From NCBI RefSeq assembly GCF_945915435.1, contig NZ_CAMEFG010000017.1, forward strand, positions 1,852-65,851: a stretch of 64,000 nt of DNA, given 5' to 3'. Below, one piece after another: positions 40,564 to 51,348 of this stretch. This stretch comes from an uncultured Paracoccus sp. GTDB lineage: Bacteria > Pseudomonadota > Alphaproteobacteria > Rhodobacterales > Rhodobacteraceae. The number at the start of each line of letters is the position of its first letter. The stretch's first letter is position 1. The notes beneath the pieces are model-generated. The model worked only from the letters and a program-made list of their open reading frames with translations, did not search any database and had not been told where the DNA came from. A program made the position numbers and the translations under genes.

Positions 40564-42674
40564 AGCCGGGCCAGCGGGTCGCGGATGCGGGCCACCTGGG
40601 CCACGTCGCTTTCGGCGTCCAGCGCGGTCAGCAGGTTGTGCAGATGTTCGCGGTCGCGCAATTCGACGATGACCTTCAGCCGGTAGAAATCGGGCTTGCG
40701 GTCGACGAATTCCAGATCCGAGATATTGGCGCCCTGCTGCCCGATCAGCGTGCAGATCCGGCCCAGCACCCCGGCATCGTGACGGATCGTCAGCGACAGG
40801 ATGGTCGAATAGGCGGCGGGGTGACGGCCCTGGCGCCAATGCAGATCGACCCAGCGCGAGGGGCTGTCCTCGAATTCGGCCAGCACCGGACAGTCGATGG
40901 CATGGATCACCACGCCCTTGCCGCGATAGGTGATGCCCACGATCCGCTCTCCCGGCAGGGGGTTGCAGCAGGGCGCGCGGGTAAAGCCCTGGTCGGCCTC
41001 CAACCCGGCGACGGCGCGCTTGGCGTCGATCTCGCTCTGGGTCGAGACCAGTTCGGGGTAAAGGCGGCGCAGCACGTCCTGCGCGGGGATCTCGGCGCTG
41101 CCGATGCGGGCCAGCAGCTCATTCGTGTCGGGCAGCGCCATCGCGCGTGCGGCGGTGCGCAGCGCCTTGTCGGTCACGCGGCGGCCGACATGCTCGAAGG
41201 CGACCCGCACCAGTTCGGACCCCAGCCGGATGAAGCGGTCGCGGTCCTCTTCGCGCAGCGACTTGCGGATGGCGGCCTTGGCGCGGCCCGTGGTGACGAT
41301 ATCCAGCCATGTCGCTTGCGGGCGCTGGCCCGAGGCGGCGATGATCTCGACCGACTGGCCGTTCTTGAGCCGCGTCCACAGCGGCACGCGGATGCCGTCC
41401 ACCTTGGCGCCCACGCAGGAATGACCCAGCCGCGTATGGACCGCATAGGCGAAGTCGATGGGCGTCGCGCCCTTGGGCAGTTGCAGCACGTCGCCCTGGG
41501 GCGTGAAGCAGAAAACCTGATCGGAATACATTTCCAGTTTGACGTGTTCCAGGAACTCGTCATGGTCTTCCTCGCCGAAACGCTCGGTCAGGTTGGCGAT
41601 CCATTCGCCCGGATCGACGGCAAAGGGGTTTTCGGTGCGCACCCCGTCGCGATAGGCCCAATGGGCGGCAACGCCGGCCTCGGCCACCTCGTGCATCTGG
41701 CGGGTGCGGATCTGCACCTCGACCCGCTTGCCGTCGCGGCCCGAAACCGTGGTATGGATCGAGCGGTAGCCGTTCGATTTCGGATGGCTGATGTAATCCT
41801 TGAAGCGCCCCGGCACCGCCCGCCAGCGTTGATGGATGCAGCCAAGCGCGCGATAGCAATCGGCATCGGTCCGGGTGATGATACGAAAGCCGTAGATGTC
41901 GGACAGGCGCGAAAAGGAAAGCTGCTTTTCCTGCATCTTGCGCCAGATCGAAAAGGGCTTTTTCGCGCGGCCGTAGACATTGGCCTCGATCCCCTCGGCC
42001 TCCAGCACGGTGCGGATATCGGCGGTGATCTTGGGAATCACGTCGCCGGTTTCGCGTTGCAGCGTGACGAAGCGGCGGATGATGGAATTGCGCGCCTCGG
42101 GGTTGATGACCTTGAAGGCCAGGTCCTCAAGTTCCTCGCGCATCCATTGCATGCCCATGCGCCCGGCCAGCGGCGCATAGATATCCATCGTCTCGCGCGC
42201 CTTCTGCACCTGCTTTTCCGGCTTCATCGAGCGGATGGTGCGCATGTTGTGCAGCCGGTCGGCCAGCTTGACCAGGATCACGCGCAGGTCGCGCGACATG
42301 GCCATGAACAGCTTGCGGAAATTCTCGGCCTGCTTGGAGTGGACGCCGGAAAGCTGAAGGTTGGTCAGCTTGGTGACGCCATCGACCAGTTCCGCCACCT
42401 CGCGCCCGAAGTTGCGGTCGATGTCGTCCCAGGTTGATCGCGTGTCCTCGATCGTGTCGTGCAGCAGGGCAGTGACGATGGTCGAATCGTCCAGCTGCAT
42501 TTCCGTCAGGATGGCGGCGACGGCGACGGGATGGGTGAAGTAAGGCTCGCCCGAATGGCGGAACTGCCCTTCATGCATCTGCCGCCCGTAATCATAGGCG
42601 CGGCGAATCAGATCGGCATTGGTGCGCGGGTTATAGTTGCGAACAAGCGCAATCAGGTCTTCGACGTCGATCAT
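40560..42674 (-). CDS. spoT: Bifunctional (p)ppGpp synthetase/hydrolase (RelA/SpoT homologue)
   Basis: ALLHDTIED HD domain, KLADRLHNMRT, synthetase EVQIRT, TGS and ACT domains. Confidence 0.96.
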   Translation of the reverse strand: MIDVEDLIALVRNYNPRTNADLIRRAYDYGRQMHEGQFRHSGEPYFTHPVAVAAILTEMQLDDSTIVTALLHDTIEDTRSTWDDIDRNFGREVAELVDGVTKLTNLQLSGVHSKQAENFRKLFMAMSRDLRVILVKLADRLHNMRTIRSMKPEKQVQKARETMDIYAPLAGRMGMQWMREELEDLAFKVINPEARNSIIRRFVTLQRETGDVIPKITADIRTVLEAEGIEANVYGRAKKPFSIWRKMQEKQLSFSRLSDIYGFRIITRTDADCYRALGCIHQRWRAVPGRFKDYISHPKSNGYRSIHTTVSGRDGKRVEVQIRTRQMHEVAEAGVAAHWAYRDGVRTENPFAVDPGEWIANLTERFGEEDHDEFLEHVKLEMYSDQVFCFTPQGDVLQLPKGATPIDFAYAVHTRLGHSCVGAKVDGIRVPLWTRLKNGQSVEIIAASGQRPQATWLDIVTTGRAKAAIRKSLREEDRDRFIRLGSELVRVAFEHVGRRVTDKALRTAARAMALPDTNELLARIGSAEIPAQDVLRRLYPELVSTQSEIDAKRAVAGLEADQGFTRAPCCNPLPGERIVGITYRGKGVVIHAIDCPVLAEFEDSPSRWVDLHWRQGRHPAAYSTILSLTIRHDAGVLGRICTLIGQQGANISDLEFVDRKPDFYRLKVIVELRDREHLHNLLTALDAESDVAQVARIRDPLARL

Positions 42675-42696
42675 CTGCTGCCGAAGACCCCGTTCC

Positions 42697-43053
42697 TCAA
42701 CCCCTGCCCTGCGCTTCCATCATCATGCGCAGCATCCGCTCTTCCGTTTCCTCGTCGGCGGGCTTGGGGCGGTCGACCTCGGCACCCAGAAGCAGCGCCA
42801 TCGCGTCTTCCTCGGGTTCGTCGACCTCGATCTGGGTCTGGGTCGTCTCGATCAGCCGCTCGCGCAGATCGGCGACGGACTGGGTTTCCTCGGCAATCTC
42901 GCGCAGGGCGACGACGGGATTCTTGTCGTTGTCGCGGTCAACCGTCAGCGGGCTGCCGGCGGCAACTTCGCGCGCGCGATGCGCGGCAAGCAGAACGACA
43001 TCAAAACGGTTGGGAACCTTGTCGACGACGTCTTCGACTGTAACGCGGGCCAT
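42697..43053 (-). CDS. rpoZ: RNA polymerase omega subunit
   Basis: [23 protein letters not shown]. Confidence 0.97.
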   Translation of the reverse strand: MARVTVEDVVDKVPNRFDVVLLAAHRAREVAAGSPLTVDRDNDKNPVVALREIAEETQSVADLRERLIETTQTQIEVDEPEEDAMALLLGAEVDRPKPADEETEERMLRMMMEAQGRG

Positions 43054-43122
43054 CAGTCACCTTTGCATCCGAATCGGCATTGGGGGGCGAAAAGCCTTAA
43101 CTGGTCGCCCGCCCCGGAAAAG

Positions 43123-43704
43123 TCAAGTATCGGCAAGGCTCATACCCTCAAACGCCTGCGGGGGCAAGGCGTCGCGCATCTGCGCAACCGTCCGCCCCAG
43201 GCGCGGATGTATCCAGCCTGGCGCGACCTCGGCCAGCGGCACAAGGACGAAGGCGCGGTCCTGCATGCGCGGATGCGGCAGGATCAGCCGGTCGGGCGCC
43301 TCGATTCGCTGGCGGTCCGGGGGCAGCAGGCGCCAATGGTCGTGGGTCCCCGCATCGGGCAGGACCAGCCCGTCCAGCGCCAGCAGGTCCAGATCGACGC
43401 CACGCGCCTGCCAGCGGCCATTATCGCGGGTGCGGCCCATTTCGCCCTCGATCCCGTGCAGCAATTCCAGCAGCGCGGGCGCGTCCAGATCGGTCGCGAT
43501 CACGGCAGCGGCATTGACGTAATCCGGCCCGCTGCCCGCCGGAAAGGCCGGAGTCTGCCAGAATCGGCTGACCGCCCTGATTTGCGGGCCGCGATCCGTT
43601 ATCGCCTGCAACGCAAATTGCAAGCTGGCTTTTGGAATACCTGCCGAAGAGGGCAGGTTTGCACCTAGGGCAAGCAGCCCTAAACTCTGGGTTTGTTTTT
43701 CCAT
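43123..43704 (-). CDS. folK: 6-hydroxymethyl-7,8-dihydropterin pyrophosphokinase
   Basis: ALGANL, YVNAA, RGVDLDLL, LPHPRMQDRAFVLVPL. Confidence 0.93.
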   Translation of the reverse strand: MEKQTQSLGLLALGANLPSSAGIPKASLQFALQAITDRGPQIRAVSRFWQTPAFPAGSGPDYVNAAAVIATDLDAPALLELLHGIEGEMGRTRDNGRWQARGVDLDLLALDGLVLPDAGTHDHWRLLPPDRQRIEAPDRLILPHPRMQDRAFVLVPLAEVAPGWIHPRLGRTVAQMRDALPPQAFEGMSLADT

Positions 43705-43729
43705 TCTCGGATTATTCTCGGAGGAAATT

Positions 43730-44299
43730 GTGTTCTACAAGGACGACCGCCTGGCGTTGTTCATTGATGGCTCGAATCTCTATGCGGCTGCGAAGTCCCT
43801 GGGTTTCGACATTGATTACAAGCTGTTACGTCAGGAATTCGAGCGTCGGGGCAAGTTGATCCGCGCTTATTATTATACCGCGCTGCTTGAAAACGACGAC
43901 TATTCGCCGATCCGCCCGCTGGTCGACTGGCTGCATTACAACGGCTATTCGATGATTACCAAGCCGGCACGCGAATATACCGACAGCATGGGCCGCCGCA
44001 AGATCAAGGGCAACATGGATATCGAGCTGACCGTGACCGCGATGGAGCTTGCCCCGCGCATGGATCACGCCGTGCTGTTTTCCGGCGACGGCGATTTCCG
44101 CCCGCTGGTCGAGGCGTTGCAGCGGAGCGGCGTCCGCGTCTCGGTCGTCTCGACCACGCGCAGCCAGCCGCCCATGATCGCGGACGAATTACGCCGCCAG
44201 GCCGACAATTTCATCGAGCTGGAGGCCCTGCGCGACACCATCGGCCGCCCGCCGCGCGAAAACCCCGCCCCCGACAGCCGCGCCGTGCCTGCCGTCTGA
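43730..44299 (+). CDS. NYN (LabA/DUF88) PIN-like domain protein
   Basis: FIDGSNLY, KGNMDIEL, SGDGDF, LRRQADNFI; GTG start after GGAGG. Confidence 0.9.
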   Translation: MFYKDDRLALFIDGSNLYAAAKSLGFDIDYKLLRQEFERRGKLIRAYYYTALLENDDYSPIRPLVDWLHYNGYSMITKPAREYTDSMGRRKIKGNMDIELTVTAMELAPRMDHAVLFSGDGDFRPLVEALQRSGVRVSVVSTTRSQPPMIADELRRQADNFIELEALRDTIGRPPRENPAPDSRAVPAV

Positions 44300-44309
44300 T
44301 GCGGCGGGC

Positions 44310-45089
44310 CTAGCCCCCGGCGGGGCGGTATTCGCCCCTCTCGGCGGCCCAGCCCTCGGCGGGGATGCGCGGCAGGCAGGCCAGATCGACGACCAGCAGC
44401 GCCTCGCCCCACGCCCCGGCGCTGGCCAGCGCGCCGCCATCCGGCCCGGCGATCAGCGACAGGCCGCCGAAATGCAGCCCGGCCTCGGTGCCGGCATAAT
44501 TCGCATAGGCCACGACGGCGCGGTTTTCATGCGCCCGCGCGGGGACAAGGGCGTTCTGCACATGCTCGAACCCCTTGGGATTGGCGGTGGGGACAAGGAT
44601 CAGTTGCGCCCCCTGCGCGGCCAGCGCCGCCGCGTGGCCGGGAAATTCGATGTCATAACAGACCAGAATCGCCGCCCGGAACGGGCCAAGCCGGAACACC
44701 GGGCAAAGCCGGTCGCCGCGCTGGAACGAGGCTTGCTCGACCGCGCCATAAAGCTGGATCTTGCGGTAATGGGCCAGCAACGACCCATCCGCACCGATCG
44801 CTGACGCCGCGTTATGGACGCGATCGCCGTCGCGCTCGGCCCAGCCAAGGCAGATGCCGCAGCCGGTATCAGCGGCCAGCCCGCGCAGCCGCGCCATCCA
44901 CGGCCCGTCCTGCGCCTGTGCCAAGGCTCTGTGCAGGTCGGGCCGGTTATAGCCGGGCAGCAGCAATTCGGGCGCGACCAGCATTTCCGCGCCAGCAGCG
45001 GCGGCGGCGGCAAGCTGGCGCTCCAACCCTTGGAAAACGCTTTCGATCTGGCCATTTGCCGGATCGCATTGCCATATTGCCAGCTTCAT
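44310..45089 (-). CDS. Carbon-nitrogen hydrolase (5-aminovaleramidase DavA-like)
   Basis: Catalytic triad PE / YRK / CYDIEFP; ARAHEN; paired with a DavB-like gene. Confidence 0.8.
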   Translation of the reverse strand: MKLAIWQCDPANGQIESVFQGLERQLAAAAAAGAEMLVAPELLLPGYNRPDLHRALAQAQDGPWMARLRGLAADTGCGICLGWAERDGDRVHNAASAIGADGSLLAHYRKIQLYGAVEQASFQRGDRLCPVFRLGPFRAAILVCYDIEFPGHAAALAAQGAQLILVPTANPKGFEHVQNALVPARAHENRAVVAYANYAGTEAGLHFGGLSLIAGPDGGALASAGAWGEALLVVDLACLPRIPAEGWAAERGEYRPAGG

Positions 45090-45165
45090 CTTCACTTCCG
45101 TTGCAAGGGCGTTATCCACGATCCTAGCGCCGCCAACCGCTGCACGCCAGAATGTCGAGGATAGC

Positions 45166-46815
45166 ATGACCCAACCCATCACCGCCTTCGGTCCCGATTT
45201 CCCCTTTGCCTATGACGACTGGCTGAGCCATCCCGCCGGGCTTGGCCGGATCCCCGCCGAACGCCACGGGCAGGAAATCGCGATCATCGGCGCGGGCGCG
45301 GCGGGCGTCATCGCGGGGTATGAGCTGATGCGCATGGGCCTGCGCCCCATCCTCTACGAATCGGGCAAATTCGGCGGGCGGCTGCGGTCCGAGACATTCG
45401 AGGGCACGACGGATGTCATCGCGGAACTGGGCGGGATGCGCTTTCCGGTTTCGTCGCGCGGCTTTTATCACTACGTCGATCTGGTCGGGCTGGAAAGCCG
45501 CCCCTTCCCCAACCCGCTGACAAAGGCCGCCGGTTCCACCGTCATCGACCTCGAGGGCGAGACCCATTTCGCCCGCGAGATGGACGACCTGCCCCGGCTT
45601 TACCACGAAGTCGCCGCCGCCTATCGCGCCGCGCTGGAGGAGCACGCCGATTTCACCGCCCTGCAAGCCGCCGTCCGCGCCCGCGACGTGACCCGCATCA
45701 AGCGGATATGGGATGCGCTGGTCGCGAAATGGGATGAGCGGACGTTTTACGACTTCGTTACCTCGTCCCGCGCCTTCCAGTCGCTTGGTTTCCGCCATCG
45801 CGAGGTCTTTGGACAAGTCGGTTTCGGGACCGGGGGGTGGGACAGCGACTTTCCCAACTCGATGCTGGAAATCCTGCGCGTGAACCTGCTGGAACTGGAC
45901 GACCATCAGCGATACATCGTCGGCGGCGTGGAAAGCCTGCCCCAACGCCTGTGGCGCCAGCCCGCCGAATGCGCGCATTGGCCCGGCGGCACGACACTGG
46001 CCGGGCTGAACGGCGGCGCGACGCTTGGCCGCGCGGCCCGGATTGCGCGGAACGGGGCGCGAGGCTTCACCATCACCGACCAATGGGGCGTGGCGCGCGA
46101 CTATCCCGCCGTGCTGGTGACCTGCCAAAGCCACCTGCTGACCACCTCGGTCGCGGTGGATGAGGAAATCTTCGACCAGAAGCTGTGGATGGCGCTGGAC
46201 CGCACCCGCTACATGCAGGCGGCCAAGACCTTCGTGATGGTGGACCGCCCCTTCTGGAACGATCCCGACCCCGCCACGGGCCGCCCGGCCCTGTCGATGA
46301 CGCTGACCGACCGGATCACGCGCGGCACCTATTTCTTCGACAACGGGCCGGACCGGCCCGCGGTCATCTGCCTGTCCTATTCATGGATGACCGACGCGCT
46401 GAAGGTGCTGCCCCACGGCCCCGAAAAGCGGGTCGAGCTGGCGCTGGCCGCGCTGGAGCGGATCTATCCCGGCGTGGACATCCGCAGCCATATCCGCGGC
46501 AACCCGATCTGCGTCAGTTGGGAGGCAGACGAGAATTTCCTGGGCGCCTTCAAGGGCGCGCTGCCCGGCCATTACCGCTACAACCATCGGATGTATGGGC
46601 ATTTCATGCAATCCGGCATGCCGCCCCAGCAACGCGGCATCTTCATGGCGGGCGACGGAATAAGCTGGACCCCGGCATGGGTCGAGGGCGCCGTCCAGAC
46701 CGCGCTGAATGCCGTCTGGGGCATCATGGCCCACCTTGGCGGGGCCTGCCATCCGCAGAACCCCGGCCCCGGCGACCGCTGGGACGAACTGGCCCCGGTG
46801 CGGCTGCCGGATTAA
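45166..46815 (+). CDS. davB: Flavin-dependent amino acid 2-monooxygenase (lysine 2-monooxygenase DavB-like)
   Basis: [24 protein letters not shown]-terminus as recalled for Pseudomonas Dav[25 protein letters not shown]. Confidence 0.8.
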   Translation: MTQPITAFGPDFPFAYDDWLSHPAGLGRIPAERHGQEIAIIGAGAAGVIAGYELMRMGLRPILYESGKFGGRLRSETFEGTTDVIAELGGMRFPVSSRGFYHYVDLVGLESRPFPNPLTKAAGSTVIDLEGETHFAREMDDLPRLYHEVAAAYRAALEEHADFTALQAAVRARDVTRIKRIWDALVAKWDERTFYDFVTSSRAFQSLGFRHREVFGQVGFGTGGWDSDFPNSMLEILRVNLLELDDHQRYIVGGVESLPQRLWRQPAECAHWPGGTTLAGLNGGATLGRAARIARNGARGFTITDQWGVARDYPAVLVTCQSHLLTTSVAVDEEIFDQKLWMALDRTRYMQAAKTFVMVDRPFWNDPDPATGRPALSMTLTDRITRGTYFFDNGPDRPAVICLSYSWMTDALKVLPHGPEKRVELALAALERIYPGVDIRSHIRGNPICVSWEADENFLGAFKGALPGHYRYNHRMYGHFMQSGMPPQQRGIFMAGDGISWTPAWVEGAVQTALNAVWGIMAHLGGACHPQNPGPGDRWDELAPVRLPD

Positions 46816-48143
46816 CCCAGTTTCGCGCCCAACCCTTGCATCAGCGGCAGGAAGTCGGGGAAGGATGTCATGATCGGTGCGCCGTCGTCCACCCCGATGG
46901 GCTGCTCCGAGGCCAGACCGGCGACCAGGAACGACATGGCGATGCGGTGGTCCAGATGGGTCGCGGCGCTGGCCCCGCCCCGCAAGCCGCCCGTGCCGTG
47001 GACGGTCATGCTGTCGGGCGTATCCTCGACCGTCGCGCCATTGGCGCGCAGGCCCGAGGCCATCGCCTCGATCCGGTCGCTTTCCTTGACGCGCAATTCG
47101 GCGACGCCGTTCATCACGGTCGGGCCTTCGGCGAAACAGGCGATGACGGACAGGATGGGAAATTCGTCGATCATGCTGGCGGCACGTTCCGCCGGAACGC
47201 TGACGCCTTTCAGCGTCGAATGGCGGACGACCAGATCGGCGACCGGCTCTCCGCCCTCGTCGCGCTGGTTTTCAAAGGCGATGTCCGCGCCCATTTCCAG
47301 CAAGGTGACATAAAGCCCGTCGCGCGTCGGATTGCGGCTGACGCCCGGCACGCGGATTTCAGACCCCGGCACGATCAGCGCCGCCGCGACCGGGAAGGCC
47401 GCGCTGGACGGATCGCGCGGCACCGCCACGCTTTGCGCGCGCAGTTCGGGCTGGCCGGTCAGGGTGACGACGCGGCCCTCGGCCGTCGTCTCGGTCGCGA
47501 CCTGCGCGCCGAAACCGGCCAGCATGCGTTCCGTATGGTCGCGGGTCGGCTCGGCCTCGATCACGACGGTCTGGCCCGGCGCGTTCAGGCCCGCCAGCAG
47601 CACCGCCGATTTGATCTGCGCGCTGGCGACGGGGGTGCGGTAGCGCACGGGCACGGGATCCGCCGCGCCCTTGATCGTGACCGGCAGGCGGCCGCCTTCG
47701 CGCGCGGCGACCTGGCAGCCGAACAGTTCAAGCGGGTCGGTGATCCGCGCCATCGGGCGGCGGCACAGGCTGGCGTCGCCGGTGAAGGTCGCCGTGATCG
47801 GCGTCGTCGCCATCGCGCCCATGATCAGCCGCACCCCGGTCCCCGAGTTGCCGCAGTCGATCACCCCTTCGGGTTCGCCGAAACCGCCGACGCCGACGCC
47901 ATCGACCGTCCATTCGCCGTCGCCCAGCCGGGTCACGGTCGCACCGAAGGCGCGCATCGCCTTGGCGGTGTCAAGGATATCCTCGCCCTCGAGCAGGCCG
48001 GTGATGCGGGTCTGCCCGACCGCCAGCGCGCCAAGGATCAGCGCGCGGTGGCTGATCGACTTGTCGCCGGGCACGGCAGCCTCGCCCTTCAGCGCCGTGG
48101 ACGGGTGCGAGGTCATGGGCCGGGGTTCAGCGGATGCGGACAT
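46812..48143 (-). CDS. aroA: EPSP synthase
   Basis: [36 protein letters not shown]. Confidence 0.97.
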   Translation of the reverse strand: MSASAEPRPMTSHPSTALKGEAAVPGDKSISHRALILGALAVGQTRITGLLEGEDILDTAKAMRAFGATVTRLGDGEWTVDGVGVGGFGEPEGVIDCGNSGTGVRLIMGAMATTPITATFTGDASLCRRPMARITDPLELFGCQVAAREGGRLPVTIKGAADPVPVRYRTPVASAQIKSAVLLAGLNAPGQTVVIEAEPTRDHTERMLAGFGAQVATETTAEGRVVTLTGQPELRAQSVAVPRDPSSAAFPVAAALIVPGSEIRVPGVSRNPTRDGLYVTLLEMGADIAFENQRDEGGEPVADLVVRHSTLKGVSVPAERAASMIDEFPILSVIACFAEGPTVMNGVAELRVKESDRIEAMASGLRANGATVEDTPDSMTVHGTGGLRGGASAATHLDHRIAMSFLVAGLASEQPIGVDDGAPIMTSFPDFLPLMQGLGAKLG

Positions 48144-48158
48144 GGCGCAGCCTTTCGT

Positions 48159-48857
48159 TCAGTTGCGGCGGAAGGTGACGTAATGCGGCGCGCGCCCTTC
48201 GCGCAGCGCCTTTTGCTCATAGCGGGTCGAGGGCCAGTCGTCCCAGGGCTGCGGCCCTTCCGACACCAGCGCGAAGCCCGCCGGGGGGACCTGTTCCAGC
48301 GTCTGGCGGACGTAATCGGGAATATCGGTGGCCACGCGGAACTCGGCCCCCGGTTTCATCACGCGGGCCAGCGGCAGAAGATGTTCGGGCGTGACGAAGC
48401 GGCGGCGGTGATGGCGCGCCTTGGGCCAGGGGTCGGGATAGTTGAGAAATGCCCTGTCGATGCAACCATCGGGCAGCACGTCCATCAGGTCCCGCGCATC
48501 GCCGGGGTGGACGCTGACGTTTTCCACCCCCGCCGCGCGGATCTTGCCCAGCAGCATTGCGACGCCGTTGATGAACGGCTCGCAACCGATGATGCCCACC
48601 TGCGGATAGCGCGCGGCCATGTGAACCATGTGTTCGCCCCCGCCAAAGCCGACCTCAAGCCAGACGGGCCGGGCATCGCCGAAGATCGCGGCGGGGTCGA
48701 TCGGCGTGCGGTCCGGGTTCTCGGCAACGGTGATGCCGCGCGGGCGCAGGTCGCCCAGATCCTCGGACAGATAGCCCTTCTGGCTTTGCCGCAGCGTCTT
48801 GCCGTGACGGCGCCCGTAGAAGTTGCGGCGCGGAGGGGTGGGGTCGAATTCACTCAT
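48159..48857 (-). CDS. trmB: tRNA (guanine-N7)-methyltransferase
   Basis: LEVGFGGGE, YPDPWPKARHHRRR, TRYEQKA. Confidence 0.95.
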   Translation of the reverse strand: MSEFDPTPPRRNFYGRRHGKTLRQSQKGYLSEDLGDLRPRGITVAENPDRTPIDPAAIFGDARPVWLEVGFGGGEHMVHMAARYPQVGIIGCEPFINGVAMLLGKIRAAGVENVSVHPGDARDLMDVLPDGCIDRAFLNYPDPWPKARHHRRRFVTPEHLLPLARVMKPGAEFRVATDIPDYVRQTLEQVPPAGFALVSEGPQPWDDWPSTRYEQKALREGRAPHYVTFRRN

Positions 48858-48902
48858 ACCCCGCGCTTTGCCCCCCACCGCGTCAAAGGTCAAGCCGCCC
48901 GC

Positions 48903-50576
48903 TCAATCGGCGGCAAGGCGGCTGATGACCACGGTGACCTCGGGCTTCTTGCCGATCTCTTCCATCGAGACCTGGCGGGTGATCTTGCGGATCGCCTCTT
49001 CCAGCTTGTCGTCGTTGCCGATCAGCCGGTCGTCGGCGCGGGTCAGGAAATCGGCCAGCTCGCTTTCGACGTGATCGACCAGCGGAACGCCGGCGCGGCC
49101 CCGTTCGGGCAGGCCCATCGTCTCGACCCAGGCATCGGGCAGGGGCGCGTCGTTTTCGTCGATGATGATGGACACCATCGCATGGCCGTTCAGCGCCATG
49201 CGGATGCGGTCGCGCACGATGCCGTCCATCGCGCCGATCAGCACGTTGCCGTCCAGGTAGGTGCGCCCCGTCTCGACATGTTCGACCACCACGGGACGGT
49301 CGCCGGTCAGGTCGACCATCGTCCCGTTGGTCGCGACGACCGAGGCGATGCCCTTTTCGGCGGCCAGCTTGGCATGGGCGCGCAGGTGCATGTGTTCGCC
49401 ATGCATCGGGATCACGATGCCGGGCCTCAGCAGGTCATGGACCGCCTCGATATCCGGGCGGTTGGCATGGCCCGAGACGTGATAGAATCCGTCGTCGGCG
49501 TCAAAGACATCGACACCCTTTTCCGACAGCGCGTTCATGATGCGGATCACGCCGCGCTCATTGCCCGGAATGGTGCGCGAACTGAACAGGAAGCTGTCCC
49601 CCTCTTTCAGCGACAGTCCCAGATAGCGGCCCCGCGCAAGCTGCGCGGTCGCCGCGCGGCGTTCGCCCTGACTGCCGGTGACGATCAGCATGACCTGGTT
49701 GCGCGGCAGTTCCGCCGCCTCGTCCGAGCCGATGACGGCGGGAAAATCGGTCAGCACGCCGGTCTCGACGGCGGCGGTGACCATCTTGCGCATGGCACGG
49801 CCCAGCAGGCAGACCTTGCGCCCGGCGGCGGTCGCGGCCTCGGCTAGGGTCTTCAGCCGGGCGACGTTGCTGGCGAAGGTGGTGGTCACGACAAGGTTCG
49901 GCTGCGCCTTGATGAAGGCGGCCAGCGGTTCGGCCAGCAGCGCCTCGGACCGGCCGGGATGGGGGCTGAAGATATTGGTCGAATCGCAGGCCAGCGCCTT
50001 GATCCCCTTTTCCTGCGCGATCTGGTGCCAGACCTGCGGGTCGAAAGGCTCGCCCACCACCGGGGTCCCGTCCAGCTTGAAATCGCCGCTGTGGACGACG
50101 CGACCGGCGGGCGTGTCGATGATCAGCGCCGCGCTTTCGGGGATCGAATGGCTGATCGGCACGAATTGCACCTGGAACGGCCCGGCATTGATCACCTCGG
50201 GGCGCGGTGCGTGGATGCGGATCACGTCCGAGGGCTGGCCCGCCTCGTCCATCTTCATCGCGGCCAGTGCGCCGGTAAAGCGGCGGCAATGGATCGGCGC
50301 GCGCAGGCGCGACCACAGCAGGCCGACCGCGCCGACGTGATCTTCGTGCCCGTGGGTGATGAAGATGCCCTCGATCCGGTCGCGGTTTTCCTCCAGCCAG
50401 GCGACATCGGCCATGATCAGGTCGATGCCGGGCGAGCCGTCCATGTCGCCGAAGGTCACCCCCAGGTCGACGACGATCAGCCGTTCCTTGCCCGGCTGGC
50501 CATAGCCATAGACATATGCGTTCATGCCGATTTCACCGGCGCCGCCCAGCGGCATGTAGATCAGGCGTTCAGACAT
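48903..50576 (-). CDS. rnj: Ribonuclease J
   Basis: PLGGAGEIGMN, THGHEDHVG, HSIPE, HVSGHA, PMHGE. Confidence 0.95.
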   Translation of the reverse strand: MSERLIYMPLGGAGEIGMNAYVYGYGQPGKERLIVVDLGVTFGDMDGSPGIDLIMADVAWLEENRDRIEGIFITHGHEDHVGAVGLLWSRLRAPIHCRRFTGALAAMKMDEAGQPSDVIRIHAPRPEVINAGPFQVQFVPISHSIPESAALIIDTPAGRVVHSGDFKLDGTPVVGEPFDPQVWHQIAQEKGIKALACDSTNIFSPHPGRSEALLAEPLAAFIKAQPNLVVTTTFASNVARLKTLAEAATAAGRKVCLLGRAMRKMVTAAVETGVLTDFPAVIGSDEAAELPRNQVMLIVTGSQGERRAATAQLARGRYLGLSLKEGDSFLFSSRTIPGNERGVIRIMNALSEKGVDVFDADDGFYHVSGHANRPDIEAVHDLLRPGIVIPMHGEHMHLRAHAKLAAEKGIASVVATNGTMVDLTGDRPVVVEHVETGRTYLDGNVLIGAMDGIVRDRIRMALNGHAMVSIIIDENDAPLPDAWVETMGLPERGRAGVPLVDHVESELADFLTRADDRLIGNDDKLEEAIRKITRQVSMEEIGKKPEVTVVISRLAAD

Positions 50577-51348
50577 TTCCTGCCTCTTTGTTGTAATCAT
50601 GGATCAATCGCAGGCCATGCACCGTCAGATCCTCGTCGATGGAATCGAACAATTCGAATCCCTGATCGAAAAGGGGCGCCAGCCCACCCGTCGCGACCAC
50701 TTTCATGGGCCGGTCGCGTTCTGCCCTTATCCGTTTCACGATGCCCTCGATCAGGCCGATATAGCCCCAGTAGATGCCCGACTGGATACAGGCGACGGTA
50801 TTGGTGCCGATCACCCGCTCGGGCATGGTCACATCGACATGGGGCAAGGCCGCCGCCGCCATGTGCAGCGCCTCGAGCGAAAGGTTGACGCCGGGCGAGA
50901 TCACGCCGCCGACATAGGCGCCATCGCGGTCCACCACGTCAAGGTTGGTCGCCGTGCCGAAATCCACGACGATCACATCGCCCCCGTGGCGGTCGAAGGC
51001 GCCGGCCGCATTGGCCAGCCGGTCGGGACCGACGGCCACGCCCTGATCGACGCGCGGGGCGACCGGCAGCAGGCAATCGGGCTTGCCCACCACCAGCGGG
51101 CGGGTGTCGAAATAGCGGTTGCACAAGACGCGCAGGTTGAAGACCACGCGCGGGGCGGTGGCGCTGATGATGCAATGGGTGATCCGCACATCGAACCCGC
51201 CGCCCGCGATCAGGGTGGACAGCCAGACGTGATATTCGTCCGCCGTGCGCCGGTGGTCGGTCGAGATCCGCCAATGCGCCAGGAAACGGCTGCCGTCCCA
51301 CACCGAAAAGACGGTGTTCGTGTTGCCCGTGTCAATGCAAAGCAGCAT
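50569..51348 (-). CDS. coaX: Type III pantothenate kinase
   Basis: IDTGNTNT, GPDR, VDFGTAT, GGVISPG, ATGG. Confidence 0.94.
   Translation of the reverse strand: MLLCIDTGNTNTVFSVWDGSRFLAHWRISTDHRRTADEYHVWLSTLIAGGGFDVRITHCIISATAPRVVFNLRVLCNRYFDTRPLVVGKPDCLLPVAPRVDQGVAVGPDRLANAAGAFDRHGGDVIVVDFGTATNLDVVDRDGAYVGGVISPGVNLSLEALHMAAAALPHVDVTMPERVIGTNTVACIQSGIYWGYIGLIEGIVKRIRAERDRPMKVVATGGLAPLFDQGFELFDSIDEDLTVHGLRLIHDYNKEAGNV

Noticed and set aside
45166-46815. iaaM auxin biosynthesis gene
   Set aside because: The N-terminus and the nitrilase-family partner fit DavB/DavA better; no iaaH-type amidase is present. Not excluded without an assay.
46185-49847. 1220-aa plus-strand ORF
   Set aside because: Shadow frame opposite aroA/trmB/rnj; no motifs; expected from high-GC codon bias.
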